Shown piece after piece: positions 44,401 to 54,920 of a stretch of DNA of 64,000 bases. Below the pieces are notes generated by a model. The model saw only the letters and a program-made list of their open reading frames with translations, searched no databases and was not told the DNA's origin. Within the stretch, counting starts at the first letter, position 1; each line of letters opens with the position of its first letter. Source of the stretch: a virus (lineage: Duplodnaviria > Caudoviricetes); IMG/VR virus record IMGVR_UViG_3300014204_000116, positions 95,891-159,890 of that record. The stretch is one strand, 5' to 3'. A program made the translations under genes and the position numbers.

Positions 44401-45775
44401 TAAAGACACGTCCGACGCTTGTTTTGCTTTAGAGACTTTAGTAAGGACTTTAGACGGGCAGGTCAGAAAAATAGGAGAATTGCAGCCTGGGCAGAAGTGT
44501 TGGGTTTATTCATTAGACACATTGAATCGAGTAGTTGCTGGAAATGCAACTGCTCTTGGGATTACGCGAAGAAGTGCAGACTTACTAGGCATAACACTGG
44601 ATAATGGGTGCACTATTAAGGTTACACCGGATCATCTGCTAATGCGCCGAGATGGCAGCTATATCCGTGCTGACAGTGTAACGCCAGGTATGTCCATGAT
44701 GCCATTTTACTTTAAGCGGAACGCGAAAGGGCGCGGTCGTGTGTTTAACCCGCACACAAATAAATTTGAATTCGTGTACAGGCTCATAGATGAGCAATTG
44801 CGGGGGGCTAAACCTCCTGGGTTCTGTATCCACCATGAGGATCTACGCAAGATAAACGATCAGCCCGGTAACCTTAAACGATTGACAAACGGGGAGCACT
44901 GGGCGCTCCACCACGATATTAAGCTCGAAGATGGGCGGGCAACCGAGCTAAAACGGCAAAAGAACCTGGCTGACTACAATGCAAAGCCCGAGACTAAATT
45001 CGCTGCCAGACTGCGCGTAAATTACGCCAGGAAATTTTCAAAAGATAGAATTACGCAGGCTATAGCAGCAATTCCGCGTCTGCTGTCCACCGAGTTTCGT
45101 GCCCAGCACAGCCTGTTTATGCGTGAGTACATGAGTGATCCAGCGACAAGATACTCCCAGATTAAAGGCCTGCTGTCCTACAACGAAGGTCGAAAAATTA
45201 AGATTACCATTGAAGATCTAGTGCGCTTGCGCGGCCAAGGGATGACGAATCGAGACATTTCTGAAATCTATGGGTGCTCTGTAAGTGTCGTAGAGCGTAG
45301 TGCAGCTAAAGCTCGGCATTTAGGTGTCAGTATGCTCATCAATTTTACGCGGTACAGAAGTAGATTCTATGCTGCGGAAAGGGTTAAAAAAGTAGAAAAG
45401 GTGTGCCAGTTGCGCGATCACGGAGCCACGGTTATCGAAGCCTGTAAAGCAGCCGGAATAACGTCTAAAACGTACTACGATTGGTCAAAGCGGCTTAACC
45501 ACAAGGTCATAAGCGTCCAAAATCTTCCACCGGAGCCTGTTAGCTGTCTACGCGTAGACATATTTCATAACTTCGCCCTTGAAGACGGAATTTTTGTGCA
45601 TAACTGCGCAGGTGCCTACTACGACGCGATTACCTCCGAGGAAAAGTTTAGCGTGAGCGTTGACAATAGCCCGTCTATTATAGGGAACAATTCGCTCAGC
45701 CCGGCTGAGGTAGAAAAACCTCCTATGGAAATTACACTGCCGATGGGATACACTAAAATAAAGTCGTTCTCATAG
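41435..45775 (+). CDS. terL: terminase large subunit with two inteins (about 694 aa after splicing)
   Basis: Walker A GSLGIGK|T, Walker B VALDE, nuclease acidic motifs [27 protein letters not shown]|C. Confidence 0.88.
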   Translation: MDILNLDSKSIDQAILKELGFADAGDFEMATAALNPTENRLLFSRYAELLESVKTRIRSGGSQDIPLASEWDWEKDYWRKPPTMRQFIEDPFWLGSTLLPSEDSVGIFPTWREILLQDFDMGSTVHNLVITGSLGIGKCLGYNELCLMHDGAVKPVQQIQVGDLLMGDDSTPRRVMSTMSGRGPLYQIYPSKGEPFVCNGAHILCLKSSVSDEIEHVSVEDFLKWPIEKKNKARLYRVPVEWAEKTVLIDPYWLGLWLGDGTSRRVEITTMDEAIRDYHIAYCSQFPELNLHVYNAGKGAKASSYTFTVPRGSRYKNPVRLKLEHYGLTEWAQTCPKFIPNDYLYNSRSIRLKLFAGLIDTDGSKSRGGKCTAAKRDKASNGVYEITVKYERFANQIRFLAQSLGFFAQTKVKIVNSTAYYRTIISGAYDVPSLLERKVSRARGTTLSPLTGHVREANCLKTKFAVIPKGDGDYYGFEIDGNHRFLLKDFTVTHNTYVMVTILLYRLTLATLLRNPSSFFGLGAGSKIIYNVLSVTKTQVQETAFGDAQNFMARSEYFLKDCDFDPDSKHSNFRVELPGDIYFTAGSKGWHVLGRNVLGVALDEGNWRNEADPDTKAYDLYNEVRVRIQNRFMRSSKFLPAISILASSARDESSFTEKVIKEIEKVNDPKHQLVYRHAVYKIKRHVLKLSGNWFKVCYGLKTQEPYVMTGIYAEDGTPLPGETHEQTPQGASVELVPVEYLPDFKRRPRTALQSVSGISTGGSNRFFPTTIDVERCIELAEHDGIVDPARPGVKFMSVSTEDDTNVWDYLDHNKFLTKVASVIQPRRHPSMARFAHLDLATQTMAGLAVCHLVNSKLVEGLVDKSGNPFSEYRLIVEYDFILTITAGRTKPISLEKIQNFILWLAQKCNYRFAAVTADQYQSSMPLQMLESRGFKTDLLSVDRDKKVYTAWRQAFEELRLRPYRSDQLTQEIECLVDDGKKVDHPKDGSKDTSDACFALETLVRTLDGQVRKIGELQPGQKCWVYSLDTLNRVVAGNATALGITRRSADLLGITLDNGCTIKVTPDHLLMRRDGSYIRADSVTPGMSMMPFYFKRNAKGRGRVFNPHTNKFEFVYRLIDEQLRGAKPPGFCIHHEDLRKINDQPGNLKRLTNGEHWALHHDIKLEDGRATELKRQKNLADYNAKPETKFAARLRVNYARKFSKDRITQAIAAIPRLLSTEFRAQHSLFMREYMSDPATRYSQIKGLLSYNEGRKIKITIEDLVRLRGQGMTNRDISEIYGCSVSVVERSAAKARHLGVSMLINFTRYRSRFYAAERVKKVEKVCQLRDHGATVIEACKAAGITSKTYYDWSKRLNHKVISVQNLPPEPVSCLRVDIFHNFALEDGIFVHNCAGAYYDAITSEEKFSVSVDNSPSIIGNNSLSPAEVEKPPMEITLPMGYTKIKSFS
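41849..42919 (+). mobile_element. intein 1 (357 aa) with LAGLIDADG homing endonuclease, inserted in Walker A
   Basis: starts [17 protein letters not shown] and FAGLIDTDG blocks, ends VTHN followed by Thr. Confidence 0.92.
44420..45604 (+). mobile_element. intein 2 (395 aa) with HNH-type endonuclease and HTH-like segments
   Basis: starts CFALET, block [24 protein letters not shown], ends FVHN followed by Cys. Confidence 0.9.
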
Positions 45776-45789
45776 TAGTTAAGTGTGAA

Positions 45790-46137
45790 ATGGCAAGTAC
45801 CCGAATAGAGCTGTCGCCGTATAGCATGTTCACAAACACGCCTGCGTATCAAGGTGTGCCTGTGGAGATTGAGGGGGTGCGCCAAAACGTAATTGTATTT
45901 GGGCTGATGGTAGATGCTGTCGTAGCCAGCGCATCGGATACCACGTATAGGGTGCCCCAAGCTGCCGCAGGGCGTCTCGATCTTATCTCGGAGAAGTTTT
46001 ACGGAACAACAGAGCTATGGTGGGTATTGGCCTTGGTTAATAACCTTTCCGATCCTCTTGTGGGGGCGGCTGTAGGCCAGACAATTCGCATACCAACTCG
46101 TGATAGGATGGCCGCAGAAGGAGTTTTAAATGTATGA
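45790..46137 (+). CDS. baseplate wedge gp53/LysM-like protein
   Basis: GRLDLISEKFYGTTELWWVLALVNNLSDP..GQTIRIP. Confidence 0.8.
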   Translation: MASTRIELSPYSMFTNTPAYQGVPVEIEGVRQNVIVFGLMVDAVVASASDTTYRVPQAAAGRLDLISEKFYGTTELWWVLALVNNLSDPLVGAAVGQTIRIPTRDRMAAEGVLNV

Positions 46138-47429
46138 ATAGTAAAGATGTCACTACACTAATCCAAGATGGACAATGGGCTGAGGGAATTGTGGATGCGC
46201 TAATTGACGGAGGCGGGGCTCTCCTCGAAGACCGTATCGATGACCTGCTGGCGCGCTACGTCAACGACCAGGGCAAACCTTTGCTGGATCGCCACCAGAT
46301 TCAGGGGTGGTACCAATACGACCCTACTCCCAACAAAAAATACATCCCATGGATCATCCGAGAAGTGGCCGAAAAGCGGATGAAGCTTCCCCAGCACGGC
46401 CACGAGCTTCGAGATGCACTGCTCACGTTTGAGCGCCTTCTCCCCATCCCGGCTTACCAGGGGACGCGCGATCTTTATTCTACCGACTGGAAGGGGCTCA
46501 AGGGCATCGTGGCCCGTTACGGAGAGATGAAGAGCAAGAGTTCGCAGGAACGCGAAAAGCGCCAATCAGGGGTCAAAGTTGTGGCAAAATCCGGCAATCT
46601 TTCGTGCCTTAGGATCACAGACGTGCAGAGCCTCAACAACTGGTCATGGAAAGCCTACTCGGCTGAGAATCCCAATTGGCATGGAAAGGCGATTAAACCC
46701 GGCGATGTTAAAGATCCGTTTGAAGATAGCCTGTGGTGCACGCGGTTTCCGACCTACGCGACCACCTATCTGCAAAGCGGGCCTTTCAACATGGTTTTGA
46801 AAGATGGGTATCCATACGTGGGCCTGGTGTTCACGAAGGGTGAAGCCCAGGATTTGAACAACCACGGAATTACGACCGCCGTAGCCGAAGAAATCTGGCC
46901 GGTCGTCAAGGACGAGATTCCGAAAAATGTGACGCTTTCTCGAAATGCGAAGGTATTCGAGAACATTCGATTTTTGGAGGGAAGCGTTGAGCCTGGCACA
47001 GTGATTGAAGGCTCTGTGGACTTATCCGGCACCCGCCTGTCGGCATTGCCGGATAACTTGAAGGTTAATGGCTCGCTTGATATTTCTGGCACAGCCCTGA
47101 AGAATCTTCCCTCCGGCCTAACCGTGACCGGCACTCTGAAGATTAATGGCACGGGTATCACAGACTTGCCAAGTGATCTTCGCGTTGAAGACATGGAGTG
47201 GAGCCCGCCGCTCGATTGGACCAAGGTGAAAGCACTCTACTACCGGCTGCGCCAGGAAGAGATGAAAGTGCACTATTTGCAGCATCCGAAGCTGGGCAAC
47301 GAATCTCCCGAGGCCAAGGAACGCGAATGGATTAAGTTCCAGACCTCGTTGGCGGCATTCTTCCAGAATGACCCGGAAGTGGATAAAAACGTAAGGTCAG
47401 TTTACCGAATGGTCGGAGGCGCTAAATGA
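46134..47429 (+). CDS. tagged protein, DPTxNKKY/WCT family with leucine-rich repeats
   Basis: AEGIVDALID..LLE; YDPTPNKKYIPWI; LWCTR; LSGTRLSALPDNLKV/ISGTALKNLPSGLTV. Confidence 0.75.
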   Translation: MNSKDVTTLIQDGQWAEGIVDALIDGGGALLEDRIDDLLARYVNDQGKPLLDRHQIQGWYQYDPTPNKKYIPWIIREVAEKRMKLPQHGHELRDALLTFERLLPIPAYQGTRDLYSTDWKGLKGIVARYGEMKSKSSQEREKRQSGVKVVAKSGNLSCLRITDVQSLNNWSWKAYSAENPNWHGKAIKPGDVKDPFEDSLWCTRFPTYATTYLQSGPFNMVLKDGYPYVGLVFTKGEAQDLNNHGITTAVAEEIWPVVKDEIPKNVTLSRNAKVFENIRFLEGSVEPGTVIEGSVDLSGTRLSALPDNLKVNGSLDISGTALKNLPSGLTVTGTLKINGTGITDLPSDLRVEDMEWSPPLDWTKVKALYYRLRQEEMKVHYLQHPKLGNESPEAKEREWIKFQTSLAAFFQNDPEVDKNVRSVYRMVGGAK

Positions 47430-49003
47430 CGCTTTCTCATGAAGTAGTAGCTACGCTTCTAGGAGACGTAGGGCTACTGATTGAAGATCGCATTGATGAC
47501 CTTATTAACACGTATGGTAAGGCCCTGGTAAAGGCTGTACACGAAGTTCCAGGGGTAAATGTGGGCCAGCAACTGCGGCCTCACCTAGAAAAATGGGCAC
47601 AATTCGATCCCAATAGACGGAAGAAATACCTTCCATGGATCGTGAAACAAATTGCCCAGGAAAAGCTGAAGCCATCAGACCATAATCTCGATCATCTCAG
47701 GGATCAACTTCGTGCCTACGAGCGCTTGGTCGCAATCCCAGAATTCGAGGGTAGCCGGGACATTTTCAGCTATGACTGGCCCACGTTTGATCGAGAAATT
47801 ACTGCCAATCTTGACGTCCGTAGTCAGTCTGAAAAGGAGCGCAGGGCTAAGGAGGCTAAAAAGAAAGGCGTGGGTTCTTACGGTGGGACCGAGGGAGTTA
47901 CCAAGATTGCGGAGGCAGGCCCGTATGAGCTTTTGGAGATTAAAGACGCCGTGTCACTATCGTGGTGGTCGTGGAAAGCCTATGATCGCGAATTTAACCC
48001 AAATTGGAAACATCCGACCATAGAGCCTCCTTCACCCGAGGTTATTCGTGATCCGGCTAACCGTGGCGAGCTAATTCGTGACGGAAAATGGTGCGTTCGT
48101 GTGCCGAGTTACGGCCTTGACTACATAAAGGGTGAGCCAACAAAAGCATTCTACATGGTGCTTAAAAACGGCGGTCCTTATGTAGGGATATTGCTCAGTG
48201 ACGGCCAGTGGAAGAATTTGGATAATCGCGGTATTGATTTTGGGATAGCGGAAGAAATATACCCAGTTGTGAAAGGCATCATTGCTCAGCACAAGGCATC
48301 TGGATTTGAATTGGAATACGAAGGGGAGGTTTTTGAGAATTTGAGGTTTGTGCGCGGAGAGGTTAAAGAGGGAGAAATATTTGAAGACATAGATCTGAGT
48401 GGAGCTTCAGTTACGACATTGCCCAAAAATTGCCATTTTCGCTCATTGCGCATAGATCGGTCATCCATCGAGGTCATTCCCTCAGGAACTGTCATCAATA
48501 GCTTCTTGTCGGCGACTAAAAGCAAGCTTAGGATAGTCGAACCTGGTGTTAAGATCAATGACATTTTTGACGCGTCTTACAGTAAGCTAGAGTCGTTACC
48601 CCCAGGCATGATTTTGACCAAGTTGAAGCTTATCGGGTGTCCGATTGCTAGCTTACCCGAAAATTTGGAGGTTAAGGAGGAGTTAAACCTCGAAGGAACA
48701 TTGGTATCTGAACTTCCGAAAACGCTTAAGCTCGGTGGAAATATGACTTGGAGTGCACCGCTTGACTGGTCAAAAATAAAGGGTGCATTCTACTACAATT
48801 TTTTGCCAAGAATGCACCAGTCATTCCTATCCAGTCCCAGTATAGCGGACAGAAGCGACGAAGCAAAAGCGGCGGCTTGGAAAAGGTTCAAGGTAAAGTT
48901 GTGGGATTACTTCCAGACTGATCCTAAGATTTATTCAGAAGTTGGGCTGGTATTCACGCAAAGAACCCCGGAACCACCGGAAGATGTAAAGGAAGAAGAG
49001 TAA
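47426..49003 (+). CDS. paralog of preceding gene with more leucine-rich repeats
   Basis: VVATLLGD..LIE|DRIDDL; FDPNRRKKYLPWI; WSWKAY..NPNW; LRR units LESLPPGM, IASLPENLEV, VSELPKTL. Confidence 0.75.
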   Translation: MTLSHEVVATLLGDVGLLIEDRIDDLINTYGKALVKAVHEVPGVNVGQQLRPHLEKWAQFDPNRRKKYLPWIVKQIAQEKLKPSDHNLDHLRDQLRAYERLVAIPEFEGSRDIFSYDWPTFDREITANLDVRSQSEKERRAKEAKKKGVGSYGGTEGVTKIAEAGPYELLEIKDAVSLSWWSWKAYDREFNPNWKHPTIEPPSPEVIRDPANRGELIRDGKWCVRVPSYGLDYIKGEPTKAFYMVLKNGGPYVGILLSDGQWKNLDNRGIDFGIAEEIYPVVKGIIAQHKASGFELEYEGEVFENLRFVRGEVKEGEIFEDIDLSGASVTTLPKNCHFRSLRIDRSSIEVIPSGTVINSFLSATKSKLRIVEPGVKINDIFDASYSKLESLPPGMILTKLKLIGCPIASLPENLEVKEELNLEGTLVSELPKTLKLGGNMTWSAPLDWSKIKGAFYYNFLPRMHQSFLSSPSIADRSDEAKAAAWKRFKVKLWDYFQTDPKIYSEVGLVFTQRTPEPPEDVKEEE

Positions 49004-49007
49004 AGTT

Positions 49008-49535
49008 ATGGCATTCTTAACCGAGGCTAAAGTTGCAAAAACACTGGACATTCCGGTGAATCTTCCAGCAACGGAAGTTAAGCAGGGAGATTGGCTAATA
49101 GTGGCGACGATAAAGATCTCCTCGCCCATGAAGCTGACCTACCAGTTTATGACACTCCAAATGCTATCTTCCTCGGTGGATACATCTCTTATCGTGGCAG
49201 GGAACAAGGTGAGCCCCTCGCTGGATTTGGCATTTATCGGGCTGTATCGCAACTACCTGTCCGGGCACCCAGGAACACAGCCCGCCCTGGATGTCGTAAA
49301 GATCCGGGAGACAGACAATAGCCAATTGGACTGTATCCCGATTACTGACATTTCCGGCCAGTTTATCACTGTTCGTTTTGCGCCCCTCGTGACGTACGCC
49401 ACGGCAGGCGTGTATTCATTTATCGTGGCGAACAACATGCAATCTTCAGCCACTTCGACAATTCCACTTACTACATCAATCGATTTTAAGTTGTGTGCCA
49501 CAGGCCAAATACGCCTGGAGCTTGAGGGAAGCTAG
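49008..49535 (+). CDS. structural protein, paralog of 50237-50692
   Basis: IPVNLPATE..TAGVYSFIVANN..ATGQIR. Confidence 0.65.
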   Translation: MAFLTEAKVAKTLDIPVNLPATEVKQGDWLIVATIKISSPMKLTYQFMTLQMLSSSVDTSLIVAGNKVSPSLDLAFIGLYRNYLSGHPGTQPALDVVKIRETDNSQLDCIPITDISGQFITVRFAPLVTYATAGVYSFIVANNMQSSATSTIPLTTSIDFKLCATGQIRLELEGS

Positions 49536-49538
49536 CGT

Positions 49539-50240
49539 ATGAACGCTGAGGGTATCGTTTCAGCTTTACTCAGCGAGGCCCGCATCACTCCAAAAGAGCT
49601 GGTGAAGGAAATTCCAGGGATTTTGGCCCACTACACCTATACGCCAGCGTTCGGTGGGGGCAGGTGGTCTGTAGAACGGCAGGAAGGTGGTGATAGCCAC
49701 TACATCGGGGAGATCTGGCATAATTACATTACAGATGAGTGGTCAGCTATGGAGGTTGCGCCTTGTGGGCGACAACCTACACACTGGTACCCTCCCCTGT
49801 CGAGATCTCGTGTTAGGCCAAGTCGTCAGCAAGCGGCCAATGATTTGTGGGAACTTTACAGCGAACAGTTGCATAGCAAAAACCGTGTGATAGAAACTGC
49901 GAAGGGTGAAGAAGCGGGAATTACGCCGGACAAATTTGTGAAGTCTTTTGGCATAGCTCGACTTTTTCGAAGATACCGCTTCACGGACAGACAGGGGGCG
50001 ATTGAGCAGGGTATTTTTGCCCCGCCTGATGAGAATGTGTACGTTGATATCAGGAGTGATAAACACCCCGGAGAATACGTATACATCGGTCAACTAAGCA
50101 AAGTTGGCGCGTTTTGGAGGCCTATCCTGGTTCTGGACAAAAATGGATTTAGCAGATCAGCACACAGTTTTAAAGGGTACAGATCGCGCGAAGAAGCTGC
50201 AACTGATCTGGAGGCTATGTATCTAAAGATGAATAAATGA
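49539..50240 (+). CDS. tagged two-domain protein
   Basis: MNAEGIVSALLSE|ARITPKELVKEI and internal EE|AGITPDKFVKSF; two related halves (YIGEI..SRQQAANDL, YIGQL..SREEAATDL). Confidence 0.7.
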   Translation: MNAEGIVSALLSEARITPKELVKEIPGILAHYTYTPAFGGGRWSVERQEGGDSHYIGEIWHNYITDEWSAMEVAPCGRQPTHWYPPLSRSRVRPSRQQAANDLWELYSEQLHSKNRVIETAKGEEAGITPDKFVKSFGIARLFRRYRFTDRQGAIEQGIFAPPDENVYVDIRSDKHPGEYVYIGQLSKVGAFWRPILVLDKNGFSRSAHSFKGYRSREEAATDLEAMYLKMNK

Positions 50241-50692
50241 GTGCTGTTTACATTACACCCGAGCGCTACGCCACAATTGCGAATCTTCCGGTTAGCTTGC
50301 CGGAGGCTGAACTTCGCCGTGGTGCGTATATTCAACTCGCAGTGTTTAAGCTAGCTCCGACACAAAAAGCAGCGATTCGAGTCTTAGCACTGACGGTTAC
50401 AAAAATTTTGACGCCGGGGGTAATACCGGACAACATCAACTCGACATTTGGGCTGGCAACTGTAGGTATTTATGGGCCAATCAATTTGATCTACGGTTGC
50501 ATGTTGTGCAGCCCAATTGTCAGCGTATCGGTTGGTGGCGTTGGAACGGCTGCACTTAACCCGTATACAAACCATGTCATAGACACACCTGGGGTATACG
50601 TGGCGGCAGTATTCAATAACACGGGCCGAACGTCAGACTATGCTATTGACATGTCAGTGTGCGTGACCGGAGTCGTGAAATTTTTTAAATGA
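50237..50692 (+). CDS. structural protein, paralog of 49008-49535
   Basis: LPVSLPEAE..TPGVYVAAVFNN..VTGVVK. Confidence 0.65.
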   Translation: MSAVYITPERYATIANLPVSLPEAELRRGAYIQLAVFKLAPTQKAAIRVLALTVTKILTPGVIPDNINSTFGLATVGIYGPINLIYGCMLCSPIVSVSVGGVGTAALNPYTNHVIDTPGVYVAAVFNNTGRTSDYAIDMSVCVTGVVKFFK

Positions 50693-53637
50693 GCGGACAA
50701 CTAGAATCAGCATTAGTCCTACAGCTAGTGGACACTATCAAGTGGGGGTCCGCACTTGGGCCTATTGGCACCACGGGGGCTCTATCCCAGGTAGACATAG
50801 CAGCTCCGCTAGATGTTACAGCCTATGCCCGGCGTGATCGGGAGCTTGCCTACCGTGATATCATAAATGCGGCTGCTATCCTAAAGGTATCGCTCGAAGT
50901 TGAGACGGTTTGGAATTCCCCAGAGATTCGTCCTCGTGTTCAGGGGCTGACCACCGATATTATGCCGTACGTGGCAGGTGATATTGGCCAAACTAACAGC
51001 TTTGTTACGCATGTGAAGCAAACGTCCGTGCCTAAGGACGCGCTGATCGCGGATAAAGACTTGGCGGGCCGGGATGCTTTAGTTTACGAGATTCTGGCAC
51101 GTGCATGCCAAATATTTGCAGATCCTCCCATAACCCCGAAGGATTATACAGGCACTGTCATACCGAGCACATCAGCGTGGTCGCTGGCCGAAGCAACAAG
51201 TAATCAATCGGACATCAGCACTGCCTTACCTGTTAACCGTGACCTATTCAAAAATCCCGATACTTACCTGGCAGGTCGAGACAACGAAGTCGCGGTCTAT
51301 GCCGCGAAGTTGGCCAGGATTCTCAAAAATCCGTTTGAGTTTGCGACACGCCTCTACGTAAGGATTGATGGCACCGATGCACGAGAAATAGAGACATACT
51401 CGTTCATTCGCGTGCACTGGGATCAGTCCAAGCTGTATCAGCCTGGGGACGAAGTTTACTACGGGGATAGTTGGTGGCAGGCCCTGTCCCTGACCATGGA
51501 TGTCCCTGGAACGTCTGTAGTGTGGATGGCCATTGATTCTCCGGTGGAGAGGGTCTTCATTGCAGAACCAGCTTATACGGATCGGAATCGCATCATTTAC
51601 GATTCCACCCTTAAGACACTGCGGTGGGTGAGTGAAACTGCCACAGACGTGCATCCTCCACAGATATGTGCGCTGTCTATCCCAGGGGCTTTGCCTGGGC
51701 AGACCATTACTACTGTGCCCCAGATTCCTCAAGCGTCAGATGCCCAATTTTGGAGGCAAAAGGCGGCTAGAATTTCTTACGAAGGGACTCTGACAAGTCA
51801 CCTGGAAGGATATCATGACACTACAATCCTAAGAACCGGGCAGGCTCAGACGGATACTATTGGCTTGACAGGGCCAGGTGCGTTATCTGTGACTTTTGCA
51901 ACTCCGATGTTGCCTACGAACAAGTACAAATTTTCGGCGCTTGTTAAGCCCTCGCAAACGATTGATATTTTCGGTGCGCACAACCAGCAGTCTTTAAGCG
52001 GAACGCTAAGCGGTGTCACGTTTATCGGCCCCTACGTTCCTACTGTTTCAGGTGTTCCTGGCCGGGCTGTTTCTTACGCGTTGACACTGCCCGTGGGTAA
52101 TTGGACTGCGGCTCTTGAATACACGAATCTAGGCGCGACTACAGAAGGATTTGGGGCCAAACTGACGGCAGACGGTGTGCAGATCATGGAGGATACGTCC
52201 CCGCTGCTATTCCAGGATGGTGTGGGCAATCAATACCCACAAGGTCACTTGGTCACTTCGTCACCGGTTGCATTTACGTCATCTGGCGCTGTAACAACCC
52301 TGGGTGTTCAGTGGACGTATGGTGAGGGCGTTTTCCACGTCAGAACTCTTAAGCTGGAAACGCGCGACCGGAATATAGGCCGGTACTCCATGCAGCTAGA
52401 TGTCCAAAATGCTTTGGGGACATCATTCTTGTCGCAGGCCGGAACTTTGATCCCCGCCGTGGATTCTTCTGGAGAACGAAACCATTACGGGGTAATGCCG
52501 TTTGAATTCTCAGTTACCGGAACGGTGCTGGCTCCCCACGTGGTATTGAGCTGGTTGCCTGTGGGTGATGGCCTCCCGCTCCAAACCCGGCAATTCGAGC
52601 TTGAGAAATATGTGCACACTGTTCCAGTTCCAGAAGTTGGTGGCTTCATGGGGTGGAAGCAGGAATGCCTGGATCGCGCAGCTCGCGTGATCACCACGTC
52701 GTTTAACTCATTCTTGTCCTTGACGTCCGACGCAGACATTCCTGAATTTACGACGGATGGAACGCTTTGGAATAAGACATCCACAGAAAAGTGGATGAGT
52801 ACCATTGAAACGTATCAACCCCGCCTGCGAGAAGTCCAGGATATTGCATCTGTTGTCGATGGCCGACAATACCTGGTTTACAGCGGTGTTATTGTCTACA
52901 ACGGCGGGACATACGCATCAGGGCAAAAGTTTTACGGCACGAATGTGCCGAGTTTTCTAAGCTACAGCGCCCGGCTTGATCAAATTGGGGCCTTTACGCA
53001 GTCGTATCCCGGCCATATCGGAAAACCGGGGCTTATGCCCTCGGGCCTGTGGTTCGACGGAAAATATGTAAAGCAGGCGAATCCCACAAAGACGCAAGTG
53101 CCTGTGGTGGTTTCATTGCAACCATGGATGATTGAGGCCGGGCTTTACGTGGCACAGCGTGATTTCTGGTCGCCAGATTCTGTTCAATCAGGTGTAGATG
53201 CGGTGGGCCAGGCTGCTGATCGCTATCCTGATACGATTACGTATACAGGAGGCTTTTACGGTGGGGCACTGGATGCTTACGTGTATCAAAATATGGCAAC
53301 TTCGCTAGTGTCTATGGGCACCGGGTACGCTGAAGATGTCATAGTTTATTTTTCAGGTTCTAGCGCTGGTACAGCATCCATATTGAGCCTGGGTACAGGT
53401 TACACTGAAGACGTGGTATTTTCGTTTGCAGGCACTAACGCAGGTACAGCATCCATATTGAGCCTGGGTACAGGTTACACTGAAGATGTGATATTTCCGT
53501 TTGCAGGCACAGATACAGGTACAGCCACGTTTTTGAGCTTAGGCACGGGCTACGTTTTTGACGCGGCGGTGTACGCGGGTCTTTACGCAGAATACGGAAC
53601 GTTTACGGGTGGATTTTTGGCAGGAACATATGCGTAG
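50689..53637 (+). CDS. large tail/baseplate-associated structural protein with CBM5/12-like module and C-terminal repeats
   Basis: WDQSKLYQPGDEVYYGDSWWQA; beta-rich; 25-aa repeats. Confidence 0.7.
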   Translation: MSGQLESALVLQLVDTIKWGSALGPIGTTGALSQVDIAAPLDVTAYARRDRELAYRDIINAAAILKVSLEVETVWNSPEIRPRVQGLTTDIMPYVAGDIGQTNSFVTHVKQTSVPKDALIADKDLAGRDALVYEILARACQIFADPPITPKDYTGTVIPSTSAWSLAEATSNQSDISTALPVNRDLFKNPDTYLAGRDNEVAVYAAKLARILKNPFEFATRLYVRIDGTDAREIETYSFIRVHWDQSKLYQPGDEVYYGDSWWQALSLTMDVPGTSVVWMAIDSPVERVFIAEPAYTDRNRIIYDSTLKTLRWVSETATDVHPPQICALSIPGALPGQTITTVPQIPQASDAQFWRQKAARISYEGTLTSHLEGYHDTTILRTGQAQTDTIGLTGPGALSVTFATPMLPTNKYKFSALVKPSQTIDIFGAHNQQSLSGTLSGVTFIGPYVPTVSGVPGRAVSYALTLPVGNWTAALEYTNLGATTEGFGAKLTADGVQIMEDTSPLLFQDGVGNQYPQGHLVTSSPVAFTSSGAVTTLGVQWTYGEGVFHVRTLKLETRDRNIGRYSMQLDVQNALGTSFLSQAGTLIPAVDSSGERNHYGVMPFEFSVTGTVLAPHVVLSWLPVGDGLPLQTRQFELEKYVHTVPVPEVGGFMGWKQECLDRAARVITTSFNSFLSLTSDADIPEFTTDGTLWNKTSTEKWMSTIETYQPRLREVQDIASVVDGRQYLVYSGVIVYNGGTYASGQKFYGTNVPSFLSYSARLDQIGAFTQSYPGHIGKPGLMPSGLWFDGKYVKQANPTKTQVPVVVSLQPWMIEAGLYVAQRDFWSPDSVQSGVDAVGQAADRYPDTITYTGGFYGGALDAYVYQNMATSLVSMGTGYAEDVIVYFSGSSAGTASILSLGTGYTEDVVFSFAGTNAGTASILSLGTGYTEDVIFPFAGTDTGTATFLSLGTGYVFDAAVYAGLYAEYGTFTGGFLAGTYA
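53305..53560 (+). repeat. about 3.3 tandem 75-nt repeats (LGTGYTEDVVFSFAGTNAGTASILS)
   Basis: GAGCCTGGGTACAGGTTACACTGAAGA at 53385 and 53460. Confidence 0.85.
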
Positions 53638-53650
53638 TTAAATCGATATT

Positions 53651-54919
53651 ATGAACGAAGTTACCATAGGCCAATCTGCACGAGGAAGCTACAAAGTGCA
53701 GGTTGTAGACGCGAAGACCAAGCGAATAATTGAAGATCGCCCGTGGCGAAAAAACCTTATTCTAAATAGCGGATTGAACATGATCCACACGTATTTGTGG
53801 GCTGACGCAATGCGGTGGGCCAGTGCAGGCACCGGAACAGACGCTAATTATGAGGATTCGTCAACAGGTACCGCTGTTAGTGATGCTTCTGGAAACGTAA
53901 CATTTACTGGCTATACCTTAGCGGCAAGTCGTGAGGGCGCGATCATACTATGGGATACAGGTGAACAAGGCAGGATTACTGGTGGCTCCGGGTCAAGCTG
54001 CACCATTACTCCGGCACCGGGCGGAGCCGGAATAGCAGATGGAGCATTTACGCTATTTAGGGCAGAACGCAGCGTCCTTGTTACACCCCGAGTGGGAGGG
54101 GCATACGGATTTACCGGGAATTGTTTGGCAAGCTATCCAAATACTTTTTCATCAATATCTGGAAACGTAATAACTTTGCGGCGAACGTTTGAATTTCCTG
54201 CGGAGGGAAGTGCAGTTACTTACGGAGAAGTAGGAGTTCATCCAATCAACGGTAATGGCGCTACTTGTTTTGCGCGTATGACAATACCCGGAGGTATTGC
54301 ACTGACAACGGGTCAGCAGTTGCGGCTTATTTATCAGCTTGTCTTGACCGTTGGCCCCACAAATGCCGTGCAAACGGGTACCATGTCTATCACAGGATGG
54401 CCAGTAGCACCGGCGTCTACTACGAATGTTAAATGGGCACTGTGGGGAGTTGGCATATCTTCCGTGCTCTCTACGGGAGCAACCAGTACTCTAGGCATGT
54501 CTTCACAGGGTATGGCCAATGAGCCCTCAAGATGCTCTACAGACTGGCCACTTTGGGTATCGCCGAATCGAGCGGGGTACACTGGATGGTCATGGCCTAC
54601 TGCGACTGCGCATGCACACCCCGGATATTCTACGAGTGATGTTGTGGGTTGGCCACAGATAATAAATTATGTCAACAGCGGGCTTGTCTACTCACATGAG
54701 AAACAGCTTAAGATCGGTACTACTCTCGGAAACTATGACACGTGGGGATATATCTGTGCAATAGGGCAAGGATACTATGATTCTGGGAGTAGCCACTATC
54801 CTAACAACTATTTCGTGGGGTGGACGCTAGAATTTGATGAAGATCAGAAAAAGACTGATATCCAGAACCTGGCCCTTGGGATGAAATTTAGCTGGAGTCG
54901 AGAACTTAACATGGACTAG
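53651..54919 (+). CDS. tail fibre/baseplate-type structural protein
   Basis: YKVQVVDAKTKR..WRKNLILNSG..AGTGT..EVGV..GQQLRLIYQL; GTAGTTA upstream. Confidence 0.7.
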   Translation: MNEVTIGQSARGSYKVQVVDAKTKRIIEDRPWRKNLILNSGLNMIHTYLWADAMRWASAGTGTDANYEDSSTGTAVSDASGNVTFTGYTLAASREGAIILWDTGEQGRITGGSGSSCTITPAPGGAGIADGAFTLFRAERSVLVTPRVGGAYGFTGNCLASYPNTFSSISGNVITLRRTFEFPAEGSAVTYGEVGVHPINGNGATCFARMTIPGGIALTTGQQLRLIYQLVLTVGPTNAVQTGTMSITGWPVAPASTTNVKWALWGVGISSVLSTGATSTLGMSSQGMANEPSRCSTDWPLWVSPNRAGYTGWSWPTATAHAHPGYSTSDVVGWPQIINYVNSGLVYSHEKQLKIGTTLGNYDTWGYICAIGQGYYDSGSSHYPNNYFVGWTLEFDEDQKKTDIQNLALGMKFSWSRELNMD

Positions 54920-54920
54920 C

